Positions 28,699-37,510 of a DNA stretch of 64,000 bases are shown here, piece after piece. Position numbers and translations under genes: made by a program. Each line of letters opens with the position of its first letter. Position 1 is the first letter of the stretch. This DNA comes from Candidatus Bathyarchaeota archaeon (GTDB lineage: Archaea; Thermoproteota; CALKCG01; B24; DRYS01): contig JAGTQC010000005.1 in the NCBI GenBank assembly GCA_018396535.1, forward strand, positions 1-64,000. Direction: 5' to 3'. Under the pieces are notes generated by a model. The model was not told where the DNA came from, did no database searches, and worked only from the letters and a program-made list of their open reading frames with translations.

Positions 28699-29106
28699 AT
28701 GACAGCTATGCAGAACGTTAGGATTAAGGTGACGGCATCTGTAAACCCCACCGAGGATCCATCTAAGGTTCTTAAAGCTTTGAAAAACCTATTTCCTAAG
28801 ATAGAGTTTAGACTAGTAGGTGAAGATCCATTCAAGATATACATAGGTGAAGCTGAGGGTTTACAGCCTTTAGAGAGACTTAAAGATCTCTGGAGAGTTG
28901 AGAGGATTAGAGCAGCGGCTAGGGAATATATGCGTAGACATAGAGTAGGTGGAGTATATACGTTATTCTTCCATAAGCAAGCTGCGTATGTTGGTAGAGC
29001 CTCATTCGCAGAAGCTGAAGGTGAATCCCCTCTCGGGCCTATATCGCTGGAGGTTTCATGCGATGATCCGGATAGTCTATTAAGCTGGATAACCGAGGGT
29101 ATATAG
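28699..29106 (+). CDS. Putative RNA-binding protein (COG1931/DUF54)
   Basis: V.PTED..KV..AL.N.F, KQAA.VG..SF, SPLGPI. Confidence 0.8.
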   Translation: MTAMQNVRIKVTASVNPTEDPSKVLKALKNLFPKIEFRLVGEDPFKIYIGEAEGLQPLERLKDLWRVERIRAAAREYMRRHRVGGVYTLFFHKQAAYVGRASFAEAEGESPLGPISLEVSCDDPDSLLSWITEGI

Positions 29107-29145
29107 ATGATATTCATTCATAATTTTGATGTATAGGTGGTCGGT

Positions 29146-29961
29146 ATGGATATACTCTTCCTAGGTACCGGTGCTGCTGAAGGATGGCCTGCCCTATTCT
29201 GTGAATGCGATGCATGCGTGAAAGCTAGGATTTTAGGTGGTAGGAATATACGGAGTAGGAGCTCCATACACATAGATGGTGAGCTCAAGATAGATTGGCC
29301 TCCAGATACCTATCTGCATTTACTGAAGTATAATCTAAACCTAGCTAAGATTAGATACCTATTTATAACGCATAATCATTATGATCACCTACATCCTGAT
29401 GATTTGACGATGAGGCGTGAGCCTTTTGCTCATATGAAGGATGGAGGTAGCATCCATATATACGGTAGTAAGGATACGGTAGATCAAATAGTTAAAGTCG
29501 TCGGTGATCCGTTTAAACTAGGTTTAGATCTACATGTACTCGAACCGTTTGAAACAGTATCTGTTGGGGAATTCAAAGTTACAGCTCTCCCAGCTGATCA
29601 TGCCTCGGATCGTGTATGCCTAATATATCTGATAGAAGCTTGTGGGAAGACCATACTACATGGTTACGATTCAGGCTTCTTCCCAGAGGAGGTATGGCAA
29701 AGGATAAGGGATTGCAAACTTGACATAGTCATCTTAGATTGTACGAATGGTGCTCTTCCATATATAAGATACCACATGGGTTTGGAAGGGGTTATCAAAG
29801 TTAAGGAGCGTATGATTTTAGAAGGTATTGCAGATAAGGATACGATATTTGTAGCAACACACTTCTCTCATAATGGTTTACTAACATACGATGATCTAGT
29901 ATCTACTCTTCTACCGAAGGGTATAGAGACGGCTTATGATGGTTTAACTATAAGAATCTAG
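29146..29961 (+). CDS. Metallo-beta-lactamase fold hydrolase (PhnP-like)
   Basis: FLGTGAAEG.P..FC.C..C, THNHYDH, DSG, THFSH, AYDG. Confidence 0.85.
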   Translation: MDILFLGTGAAEGWPALFCECDACVKARILGGRNIRSRSSIHIDGELKIDWPPDTYLHLLKYNLNLAKIRYLFITHNHYDHLHPDDLTMRREPFAHMKDGGSIHIYGSKDTVDQIVKVVGDPFKLGLDLHVLEPFETVSVGEFKVTALPADHASDRVCLIYLIEACGKTILHGYDSGFFPEEVWQRIRDCKLDIVILDCTNGALPYIRYHMGLEGVIKVKERMILEGIADKDTIFVATHFSHNGLLTYDDLVSTLLPKGIETAYDGLTIRI

Positions 29962-30416
29962 GGCTTTCTACTTCCATACCTATATGCCCAGTATCTATCT
30001 ATCATTCTAAGTATCTTAAGGTTGTATCCTACAAGTTTGCCTAGATCTATCCTCCCACACTCCTCATCTAGGATACCGTGAATAGAAGCTGCACACTTAT
30101 CGTATAGATTCATAACCTCGATTGATGAAGGTATAAGGTAGAGGAAAACACTCCGTTCACTACCTTTATCAGATTTGCTTCCAACTCTCGCTACTATAAC
30201 GCCTTTATCAAGTATTCTAAGCTTATAACTTCCATAATCGATGGTGTAGCCTTCACTTAAAGCTATCGATGATAATAGGTTGTGATCGATTTTATCTTTG
30301 AAGGTCACCCTTACGATACTATAATTGATGATTTCTATTTCACGGATGCCATACGGTAGATCTCCATTATAGAATCCTTCATCAAGTATAGATAGGATAA
30401 CTTCTAGCAGCTTCGT
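29958..30416 (-). CDS. Hypothetical protein
   Basis: The frame is open well upstream of the track's GTG (30308); probable start ACG 30416 (or CTG 30410) after GGGGCGG. No family recognised. Confidence 0.55.
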   Translation of the reverse strand, partial: TKLLEVILSILDEGFYNGDLPYGIREIEIINYSIVRVTFKDKIDHNLLSSIALSEGYTIDYGSYKLRILDKGVIVARVGSKSDKGSERSVFLYLIPSSIEVMNLYDKCAASIHGILDEECGRIDLGKLVGYNLKILRMIDRYWAYRYGSRKP

Positions 30417-30535
30417 AGTAACCGCCCCATTAAGATAATGGGATAGATATGGATCATACCAGTGTATAAAGGTAGATATTTGATACCCTAGTATACTAGA
30501 TATATACCGCTACCTGATCTCCATATGGAGGTATA

Positions 30536-31300
30536 TCATTTCGTAAGCTCCTTCCAGAGAGCTCTGTAGTAACGCATTATTCTCTCCGGCTCTAGGCTTT
30601 CAGGTATCTCTGCTAAGCAGTATCTATCGTATCCCATATTCTTTAGTAACGTGAATAGCTCCCTATATGGGTAGCTTTCATCGTAAAGTTCGTGTATATG
30701 TACGGATCTTACCCATTTCTTAAGTAGGTTAAAACTCCATGATATAGATCCATCTACTAAATCTGTAGGATTAGAGTTCCAGCATACACCTACATATGGG
30801 TGATCTGCTATCTCCATTATCTCCCTTATACATCTAGGGTCGCTTGTACCGTAGCCGTGGACTTCAAGCCATATTTCCACTCCATACTCTTCCCCATAAT
30901 CTCCGCATACTCTAAGTGCTTCACCTATCTGCTTCAAAGTTATCTCTCTGGGTATACCTTGATCCTCCATAAGCCTGTTAGGTCTGACCTTAACTCCGAT
31001 CGCACCGGTATCATAAGCTAGCTTAATAAAAGCTTTCGTTAACTCTATATTCCTCTCCAACTCGTTCTTATCTGGTGAATGGTACTCGCAGATCGTACCG
31101 AAGCTCAGAAGTTTAACCGGTGAATTTATGAACAGCTCTCTAACTCTACGTCTCTCATCCATGCTTATACTAGGTTCTACACCGTGAGCATGTGTCGTCC
31201 TAAGCTCGACTGCTTTAAACCCTGTTCGACTACATAGATCTATTATCTTTTCCAAGCTCCAATCCCTAGCTAGATTATACGTAACGAGGCCAAGCTCCAA
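30536..31300 (-). CDS. Sugar phosphate isomerase/epimerase (xylose-isomerase-like TIM barrel)
   Basis: GF..VELRTTH.HGVE, LEVHG, CWNSN, HI.EL, LAEI. Confidence 0.8.
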   Translation of the reverse strand: MELGLVTYNLARDWSLEKIIDLCSRTGFKAVELRTTHAHGVEPSISMDERRRVRELFINSPVKLLSFGTICEYHSPDKNELERNIELTKAFIKLAYDTGAIGVKVRPNRLMEDQGIPREITLKQIGEALRVCGDYGEEYGVEIWLEVHGYGTSDPRCIREIMEIADHPYVGVCWNSNPTDLVDGSISWSFNLLKKWVRSVHIHELYDESYPYRELFTLLKNMGYDRYCLAEIPESLEPERIMRYYRALWKELTK

Positions 31301-31413
31301 ATCTTACAATCCCCCATTCTTAATCTACATGATGGAATCCAGTATAGTTAAATTTAACTCGATAACTTTCCATCATTTATAGGATAGCCACTATGGAAGC
31401 TATCCGAAGATTT

Positions 31414-32121
31414 TCATATCCACATATTTTTCTTGAAAATTAGAGCTAATGGGACTCCTATGATGGTAGATACAACCGTGAACGTTAACCTCTCTACAAT
31501 TACTACTGGTATAATCGATGTTAGGAGTAATGCTGGATTCCATACCTCTACTATTAATAGATGAGCTGCTAGTATAAACATGAGCGTTCCATACATATGT
31601 GTAGTCATAGTAGCTGAGAAACTAGCGATAGCTATATAGATAGCTAGCCTAGCTTTACCTATACTACCATAGATCATAGGTAGTTTATTTCTAAATGAGA
31701 GCATTAGTGTAAGAGCGATCCAGTGTAGAATAGGAAAGTAAGGTGCAGCTCTACCTATCGGTATCAGATACCAGGCTAGTATAAGCGTGGTTAAGATTAG
31801 TATCGGTAAATGTCTACTCCACGTATTTCTAGAATCCGCCTTAACCAGTGTTCCAGCTATGAGTGCTGATATAGGTGTTGCAGGTAGTGTGAGCCATTGG
31901 AATAGGTTTGCACCTGATACTACCCGGTTTATACATGCGCCTATAAGGCATGATAGAAAGCCTAGCCATGGGCCTAAAAGGAGTCCGTATACTGGAGCTA
32001 TACCGGATACGAGGCTTATCCGAGCGTTTTCTACTCCTATTACTGGGAATCCTGGTAGATAACTTAACGTAGCGTATACTGCGGACATGTATATAATTAA
32101 TGCTAGGCTCCTAGTATGCAA
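31414..32121 (-). CDS. ECF transporter substrate-specific (S) component
   Basis: A.Y..L...P.F, P..G.LLGP..G......IG, ER in the last helix; 6-7 TM helices. Confidence 0.6.
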   Translation of the reverse strand: MHTRSLALIIYMSAVYATLSYLPGFPVIGVENARISLVSGIAPVYGLLLGPWLGFLSCLIGACINRVVSGANLFQWLTLPATPISALIAGTLVKADSRNTWSRHLPILILTTLILAWYLIPIGRAAPYFPILHWIALTLMLSFRNKLPMIYGSIGKARLAIYIAIASFSATMTTHMYGTLMFILAAHLLIVEVWNPALLLTSIIPVVIVERLTFTVVSTIIGVPLALIFKKNMWI

Positions 32122-32286
32122 TACTAGGAGTCTAGATTTACTTGTTATTCAACCTAATAAGCTTGGTGTATATAGTATACATTAACATCTTACTGTAATC
32201 ATAATACTCATTGTTTAGCTACATGGGTTTAGACTTGTTAGAGAGAATAGTTAATAGCTTAATTATTCAACCTTATATATTCAACC

Positions 32287-33225
32287 TTGAAAGCTATACG
32301 TGTTTATAAGGATAATGCTGAGATCATAGATATGGAAATAGAAAAACCTCGTAGAAACGAGGTTTTAGTCGAGACGAAGGCTTGCGGTATATGTATGAGT
32401 GAAGTATATATGTTTACGGGTAAGCTTCCTGGTGGTAGAGTTGCTGGGCATGAAGGCGTAGGGGTTATAGCAGCTTTAGGTGAGGATGTAGTCGGTGTAG
32501 ATATTGGTGATAGGGTTACAACCCTCGGTGGACCAGCTTTCGCAGAATACTATAAAACTAGTATCCATAACATCGAGAAGATACCTAGTTATGTCAATGA
32601 TGAGGATATAGTGTATTGGATATCTGAACCGCTTGCATGCGTAGTTAACGCTATTAAAGGTTCGAAGCTAAAAGCCGGGGATGATGTATGTGTAATCGGA
32701 TGCGGTTACATGGGTCTGCTAATAATACAAGCTCTACCTAAGAGTATTCTGGGTGAGCTTATAGCAGTAGATATCCGTGAAGATAGGCTTAGGCTAGCTG
32801 AAAAATTCGGTGCTGATCATATCTTAGATGCTAGGAAAGCTGATATCGTAAGCGAGGTGCATAGGATATTGGGTGGTTACGTCGATGTAGTTATAGAAGC
32901 ATCAGGAGCTAAAGGTACTATACACACAGCTACAGAACTTTTACGTCCAGGTGGTAAGCTGATTCTATTCGGTTGGCATGTAGAGGATGAAATCGTACCT
33001 ACAAGTCTATGGCATACTAAAGGTTTAGTAATCCTTAATACATCTCCAGCGTTTTCGCTAGATTTCAATAGAGATTTTCATGATGCTGTGAAGCTTCTAA
33101 AGAAGGGGGTATTCGATCAGAGCCTCCTCATAACTCATAGATTCCATTATACAGAAGCTCAGAAAGCTTTTAAGATAGCATTGGAAAAACCGGAAGGATT
33201 CATTAAAGCGGTTATAACATTCTAA
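32287..33225 (+). CDS. Zinc-binding (MDR) dehydrogenase lacking the structural-Zn lobe
   Basis: CGIC, GHEGVG, GDRV, EPLAC, GCGYMG; no four-Cys loop. Confidence 0.85.
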   Translation: MKAIRVYKDNAEIIDMEIEKPRRNEVLVETKACGICMSEVYMFTGKLPGGRVAGHEGVGVIAALGEDVVGVDIGDRVTTLGGPAFAEYYKTSIHNIEKIPSYVNDEDIVYWISEPLACVVNAIKGSKLKAGDDVCVIGCGYMGLLIIQALPKSILGELIAVDIREDRLRLAEKFGADHILDARKADIVSEVHRILGGYVDVVIEASGAKGTIHTATELLRPGGKLILFGWHVEDEIVPTSLWHTKGLVILNTSPAFSLDFNRDFHDAVKLLKKGVFDQSLLITHRFHYTEAQKAFKIALEKPEGFIKAVITF

Positions 33226-33276
33226 ACTCAAGAATCGATTATTTTCATTATTCTCAGCAAATATATTTATCTTATA

Positions 33277-33293
33277 TAAAAGAGAAAAAGAAA
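33277..33293 (-). terminator. Oligo-T (pyrimidine-rich) archaeal terminator candidate
   Basis: Minus strand TTTCTTTTTCTCTTTT about 25 nt after the stop of the 33319-33642 gene. Confidence 0.45.
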
Positions 33294-33318
33294 TATTATG
33301 TATAATCTATATTTAAGG

Positions 33319-33642
33319 CTAAACAGATTCTACAGTTATATCTAATATATCTCCTTTCTTTATTGATTCTGATGCTTTAACCTTCTTAGAGAAGTCGCTT
33401 ATCTTCATTAAAAGCCATATATTTGTTTTATCTCCCTTCTTTTTAGTAGTATCTGCTACTGTTTCTATCACACCTAGCTTTGAGACAGTTACTTTAAGTT
33501 TCGTTTTGTCACGTTCTACATCAGATTCTAGTGTAAACTCTTTTCTTCTTTCATCGTATGTGAATAATTCACTAAGGCTAACTTCAGCTCCTGCATTTAC
33601 ATCTTTATCTGCTTTTAAACTGATTTTACCTACTATCGGCAT
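33319..33642 (-). CDS. Small Lys-rich hypothetical protein with an internal tandem duplication
   Basis: ATG 33642 after AGGTGATAGAT; TATA-like TTTATATA upstream; T-rich tract downstream. Confidence 0.7.
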   Translation of the reverse strand: MPIVGKISLKADKDVNAGAEVSLSELFTYDERRKEFTLESDVERDKTKLKVTVSKLGVIETVADTTKKKGDKTNIWLLMKISDFSKKVKASESIKKGDILDITVESV

Positions 33643-33910
33643 ATCTATCACCTATATTTACCTAATATATATTATATATAAATATGCCCCGAATATATAG
33701 GCTTTACCTATGGTTTGCTTACGCTTATAATTTTATATTGCTATTTTGCTGTATGTTTAAGCTAATTGTCTAGCTGTATACATGTATAATTATATCTTTT
33801 ACTTTAATGCGGCTCTGTATTTGTATATAGGTTAGATAAATCGATGTATTATAGAAAGATTTACCTTATACCTCACTAGCTCTTAGATAGGGTTTGGGGG
33901 CATCTATAGG

Positions 33911-34849
33911 ATGGGGATTAGAGAATCGTTTAGAGGTCTAGATATCCTAACTCTACAAGAGCTTAGTAGTGAGCAGATAGCATTTCTACTAGGCTTAGCT
34001 ATGGATATGAAGGAGAGAGTAGATCGTTATGAAGGTTTACTCAAAGGTAAGGTTTTAGCTATGATATTCGAGAAGCCTTCAACTAGGACTAGGGTTTCGT
34101 TCGAGGTCGCAATGTATAAGCTCGGAGGCTATGCGTTGAATCTGAGATGGGATGAGCTTCAACTTAGTCGTGGAGAGCCTATCAAGGATACTGCCAGAGT
34201 TTTAAGTAGGTATGTAGATGCTATCATGGCTAGAGTCTATAAGCATAGTGATCTAGAGGAGCTTGCTAAGTATGCTTCGATACCAGTTATAAACGGTTTA
34301 AGTGACTTATGGCATCCATGTCAGATTCTGGCAGATCTCCTAACTATAAAGGAGGTTAAGGGTGGGTTTAGAGGTGTGAAGCTAGCGTATATCGGTGATG
34401 GTAATAATGTATGTAATACACTTTTAGTGGGTTGTAGTAAGGTCGGTGTAGATGTGAGTGTAGCCTGTCCTAGAGGATATGAGCCTAGCCCTAGAGCTTT
34501 AGAATGGGCTTATGAGAATTCACGTATAAGTGGATCTAAGGTGGAGGTTCTTGAGAATCCTGTAGAAGCTGTTAAGAATGCAGACGTAGTGTATACTGAT
34601 GTATTTATCTCCATGGGGTTTGAGTCTGAAGCTGAAGAAAGGAGGAGGATCTTCCTACCTAGGTATAGAGTTGATGCTAAGCTTATGAGTTATGCTAAAC
34701 CGGATGCGGTATTTATGCATTGTCTACCAGCTCATAGAGATGAAGAAGTCGATGAGGAGGTATTGGAAGGGAAGAGCTCCGTCGTCTGGCTTCAAGCTGA
34801 GAATAGGTTATATGCTCAGATGGCTCTCCTATACCTTATACTGGGCTGA
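33911..34849 (+). CDS. argF: Ornithine carbamoyltransferase
   Basis: FEKPSTRTRVSF, HPCQ, GDGNNV, YTDV..SMG, FMHCLPAHR, QAENR. Confidence 0.95.
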   Translation: MGIRESFRGLDILTLQELSSEQIAFLLGLAMDMKERVDRYEGLLKGKVLAMIFEKPSTRTRVSFEVAMYKLGGYALNLRWDELQLSRGEPIKDTARVLSRYVDAIMARVYKHSDLEELAKYASIPVINGLSDLWHPCQILADLLTIKEVKGGFRGVKLAYIGDGNNVCNTLLVGCSKVGVDVSVACPRGYEPSPRALEWAYENSRISGSKVEVLENPVEAVKNADVVYTDVFISMGFESEAEERRRIFLPRYRVDAKLMSYAKPDAVFMHCLPAHRDEEVDEEVLEGKSSVVWLQAENRLYAQMALLYLILG

Positions 34850-34858
34850 TGGTGGGTT

Positions 34859-35665
34859 TTGAGATCGATATTAGTGGTAGCATCTAAGATGGATCCTGTA
34901 GGAATCTCAGCATCGAAGATATTGGTGGAGAAATATGGGTTAGAAAAGCGTCTAGATGACCGTTATACTGGTATGGTAGCAGGTATCGATTTAGAATTAT
35001 GGTTGATAGATGTAGATTCCATATACGCCGATATGGTTGAAGCAGAAGCTCATGATCTTATAATATTTATCTCTAGGCATGAGGCACGTATACCTAGACC
35101 AATGCTTCTAGTTCATCCTACCGGTAACCTTTCTGATGAAGCCTTGTTTGGCGGTAAGCCTAGATGCCTATCTATAGCTGCAGCTGAAGCTATGGCTTCT
35201 GTTTTAAGAATGCTAAAGTATGAAGCTTCTAGGAGAGGGTTAAATTATATCGTATCTTATGAAGCAACTCATCATGGGCCTACGGTGAATAAGCCAATCC
35301 TATTCGTTGAAGTTGGTAGTACTATTAGGGAGTGGAGTGATAGAGCTGCCCTTGAAGTTGTAGTCGAAGCCGTAGTATCTGCTACTAGATCAGAATCTAG
35401 GAGTGAAGCTGCGATAGGTGTAGGTGGCTCACACTATAACTCTAACTTTACATCTCTATGTCTTAGTAGACGCTATGTATTCGGGCATATGATTCCGGGG
35501 CATGTAGCGTGGGCTATAGATAGAGAGATGTTCTCTAAATGTATAGATATGACGTTGGAGGATGTCAGGTATGCGATATTCGATTGGGATAATATAAGAT
35601 CTTCAGATAGATCTAGAATTATAGGTTATGCTAGGGATGCAGGGTTGGAGATAGTTAAAGTTTAA
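34859..35665 (+). CDS. dtdA: D-aminoacyl-tRNA deacylase (archaeal DTD2)
   Basis: S..D, SRH, VH.TGN, EATHHGP, FVEVGS, GG.HY; directly upstream of secE. Confidence 0.88.
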   Translation: MRSILVVASKMDPVGISASKILVEKYGLEKRLDDRYTGMVAGIDLELWLIDVDSIYADMVEAEAHDLIIFISRHEARIPRPMLLVHPTGNLSDEALFGGKPRCLSIAAAEAMASVLRMLKYEASRRGLNYIVSYEATHHGPTVNKPILFVEVGSTIREWSDRAALEVVVEAVVSATRSESRSEAAIGVGGSHYNSNFTSLCLSRRYVFGHMIPGHVAWAIDREMFSKCIDMTLEDVRYAIFDWDNIRSSDRSRIIGYARDAGLEIVKV

Positions 35666-35689
35666 TTTTGTGAATCTGATAGTATATTG

Positions 35690-35866
35690 ATGATGGCTAG
35701 TATAATATCAGCAAAGTTTACAGCACTTAGGAGGTTACTTAGGCTTTCGGTTAAACCTACTTGGAAGGAGTATTGGCTTTCGTTAAAGGTATGTCTAATA
35801 GGTATGGGGTTGATAGGTATGGTAGCATTCCTTATAAGGCTTCTAGCATCTCTCATACCTGCCTAG
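35690..35866 (+). CDS. secE: Protein translocase subunit SecE / Sec61 gamma
   Basis: Not in the track (58 aa): MMASIISAKFTALRRLLRLSVKPTWKEYWLSLKVCLIGMGLIGMVAFLIRLLASLIPA; KP..KEY plus one TM helix; lies before spt5. Confidence 0.9.
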   Translation: MMASIISAKFTALRRLLRLSVKPTWKEYWLSLKVCLIGMGLIGMVAFLIRLLASLIPA

Positions 35867-35879
35867 GAGATGGTTAGAT

Positions 35880-36380
35880 ATGAGTAAAGTTTACGATAAG
35901 ACGCGTATATATGCTGTGAAGGTTACGGTCGGCCAGGAGGAGAATGTCGCAGAGATGCTTAGTAATAAGGTAGAAGCCCTCGGTTTACCGTATAGTAAGG
36001 GTATAAAAGCTATCGTGTATAGCCCAGATCTTAAGGGTTACATACTTGTCGAAGCTACAGACCCCGTTCTCATAGATGAGGTTATCCAAGGTGTAAAGCA
36101 TGCGAGGGGTAGGGTTAAATCGAAGTATTCGTATCAGCCTGATTTCATACCTATGGAGGAGGCTTTAAGCTATCTTAAAGCGAAGCCTAGTATAGAGCTC
36201 CTATCTGAAGGCGATATGATTGAGATTACAGGGGGTCCGTTTAAAGGTATGAAGGCTAGAATAATATCTGTGAATAAGGATAGAGGCGAGGTTACCGTAG
36301 AATTACTCGATACACCATATACGATGCCTATCACTATGTATGCAGAGTATGTACGTAAAGTTTCAGAAAAGTCTAGTTAA
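35880..36380 (+). CDS. spt5: Transcription elongation factor Spt5/NusG
   Basis: YAVKVT.GQE, KGYI.VEA, KOW motif GD.IEI.GGPFKG. Confidence 0.93.
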   Translation: MSKVYDKTRIYAVKVTVGQEENVAEMLSNKVEALGLPYSKGIKAIVYSPDLKGYILVEATDPVLIDEVIQGVKHARGRVKSKYSYQPDFIPMEEALSYLKAKPSIELLSEGDMIEITGGPFKGMKARIISVNKDRGEVTVELLDTPYTMPITMYAEYVRKVSEKSS

Positions 36381-36424
36381 CCCTTAAATATCGGGTTGAA
36401 GATTCCTTCGTGAATGTATCAGAT

Positions 36425-36940
36425 ATGTCTACCGGTAGCATGAAAGTGTTGGAGTTTCTCGTAGAGGGTGGTAGCGCATCCCCAGGTCCGCCTATAGGGC
36501 CTGCTCTAGGTCCTCTAGGTCTTAACGTACCTGCTGTCGTTAAAGCGATAAACGAAGCTACAGAGAAGTTTAAGGGTATGCGTGTACCTGTGAAGATATA
36601 TGTCGATGTTAAAACTAAGTCTTATACCATCGAAGTCGGTATACCTACGACTGCGGCTCTACTTCTAAGAGAAGCTGGGTTAGAGAAAGGTTCAGGTGAA
36701 TCTGGTAGGAAGTTTATCGGTGATATATCTTTCGATAAAGTTTTGAAGGTAGCTAGTATTGTCAGGGTTAAGAGTAGAGCTAAGACTTTTAGAAATATTG
36801 TTAAAGAGGTTCTCGGTGTATGTGTTAGTATGGGTTTGAAAATCGATGGAAAGCATCCTAAGGAGGTTATTAGAGATTTAGATAGAGGCCTCTATGATGA
36901 TGCTATAGCTAGAGTTGAAAGAGAGTTTACGTCAAGCTGA
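36425..36940 (+). CDS. rpl11: 50S ribosomal protein uL11
   Basis: GG.A.PGPPIGPALGPLG.N, G..VPV, P.TA.LL, G.C.SMG. Confidence 0.95.
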   Translation: MSTGSMKVLEFLVEGGSASPGPPIGPALGPLGLNVPAVVKAINEATEKFKGMRVPVKIYVDVKTKSYTIEVGIPTTAALLLREAGLEKGSGESGRKFIGDISFDKVLKVASIVRVKSRAKTFRNIVKEVLGVCVSMGLKIDGKHPKEVIRDLDRGLYDDAIARVEREFTSS

Positions 36941-36943
36941 ATT

Positions 36944-37246
36944 CTAGCATCTACACGGTGTCGATCTACATTTAGGGCAGCCGCATCCATACTTAGATCT
37001 AAGAGCATCTTCCAAATCTATATCTAGGAGATTACAGATGCTTGCAAGCCAAGCCGCTACATCGGCTGCTTCGCTAGCTATCTCACTCTTAGATCCAGAT
37101 GATATAGCTCTACCTAGCTCTATACTCTCCTCTAATAGGTGGAGGTATGTAGCCCATATCCCTCTACCCTTATCTTTATCAAAGTATATCATACGCATAG
37201 CTTCTTGTAGATTCCTGGTGGTTTTCATATCGTATATAGCGGTCAT
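36944..37246 (-). CDS. MazG-like nucleotide pyrophosphohydrolase
   Basis: EE..EL, E.ADV.AWL.S..N, KY...CPKC...PC.C. Confidence 0.82.
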   Translation of the reverse strand: MTAIYDMKTTRNLQEAMRMIYFDKDKGRGIWATYLHLLEESIELGRAISSGSKSEIASEAADVAAWLASICNLLDIDLEDALRSKYGCGCPKCRSTPCRC

Positions 37247-37333
37247 ATCTCGGTAGCATTATATCGTTATCAGTGTAGCTTAACCCTTATATACCTAATA
37301 TACAGTTTAGGGTTGTATTCAGGAGTAGAGGAT

Positions 37334-37501
37334 ATGAGTGGTAGATCACGTAGGAGAAGAGAGCATATGCCTCCTACTAGTGCTGGATTGTTAAGATTCT
37401 TCGAGGAGGAAGTTGGAGGTATTAAGCTTAAGCCTACGGTAGTCGCTATCTTATCGGTAGCTATAATAATTATAAGTATAGTCCTACTGATATTCTTCTA
37501 A
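37334..37501 (+). CDS. secG: Preprotein translocase subunit Sec61beta (SecG)
   Basis: SAGLLRFFEE..GIK..P plus a C-terminal TM helix. Confidence 0.9.
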   Translation: MSGRSRRRREHMPPTSAGLLRFFEEEVGGIKLKPTVVAILSVAIIIISIVLLIFF

Positions 37502-37510
37502 ATCCATGTA

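Noticed and set aside
32122-32286. Riboswitch upstream of the ECF S-component gene
   Set aside because: AT-rich divergent promoter region with no TPP (CUGAGA), FMN or cobalamin consensus and no stable stems.
33652-33910. Replication origin in the AT-rich intergenic region
   Set aside because: No ORB/mini-ORB repeats and no adjacent cdc6/orc1 or whiP; divergent promoters explain it adequately.
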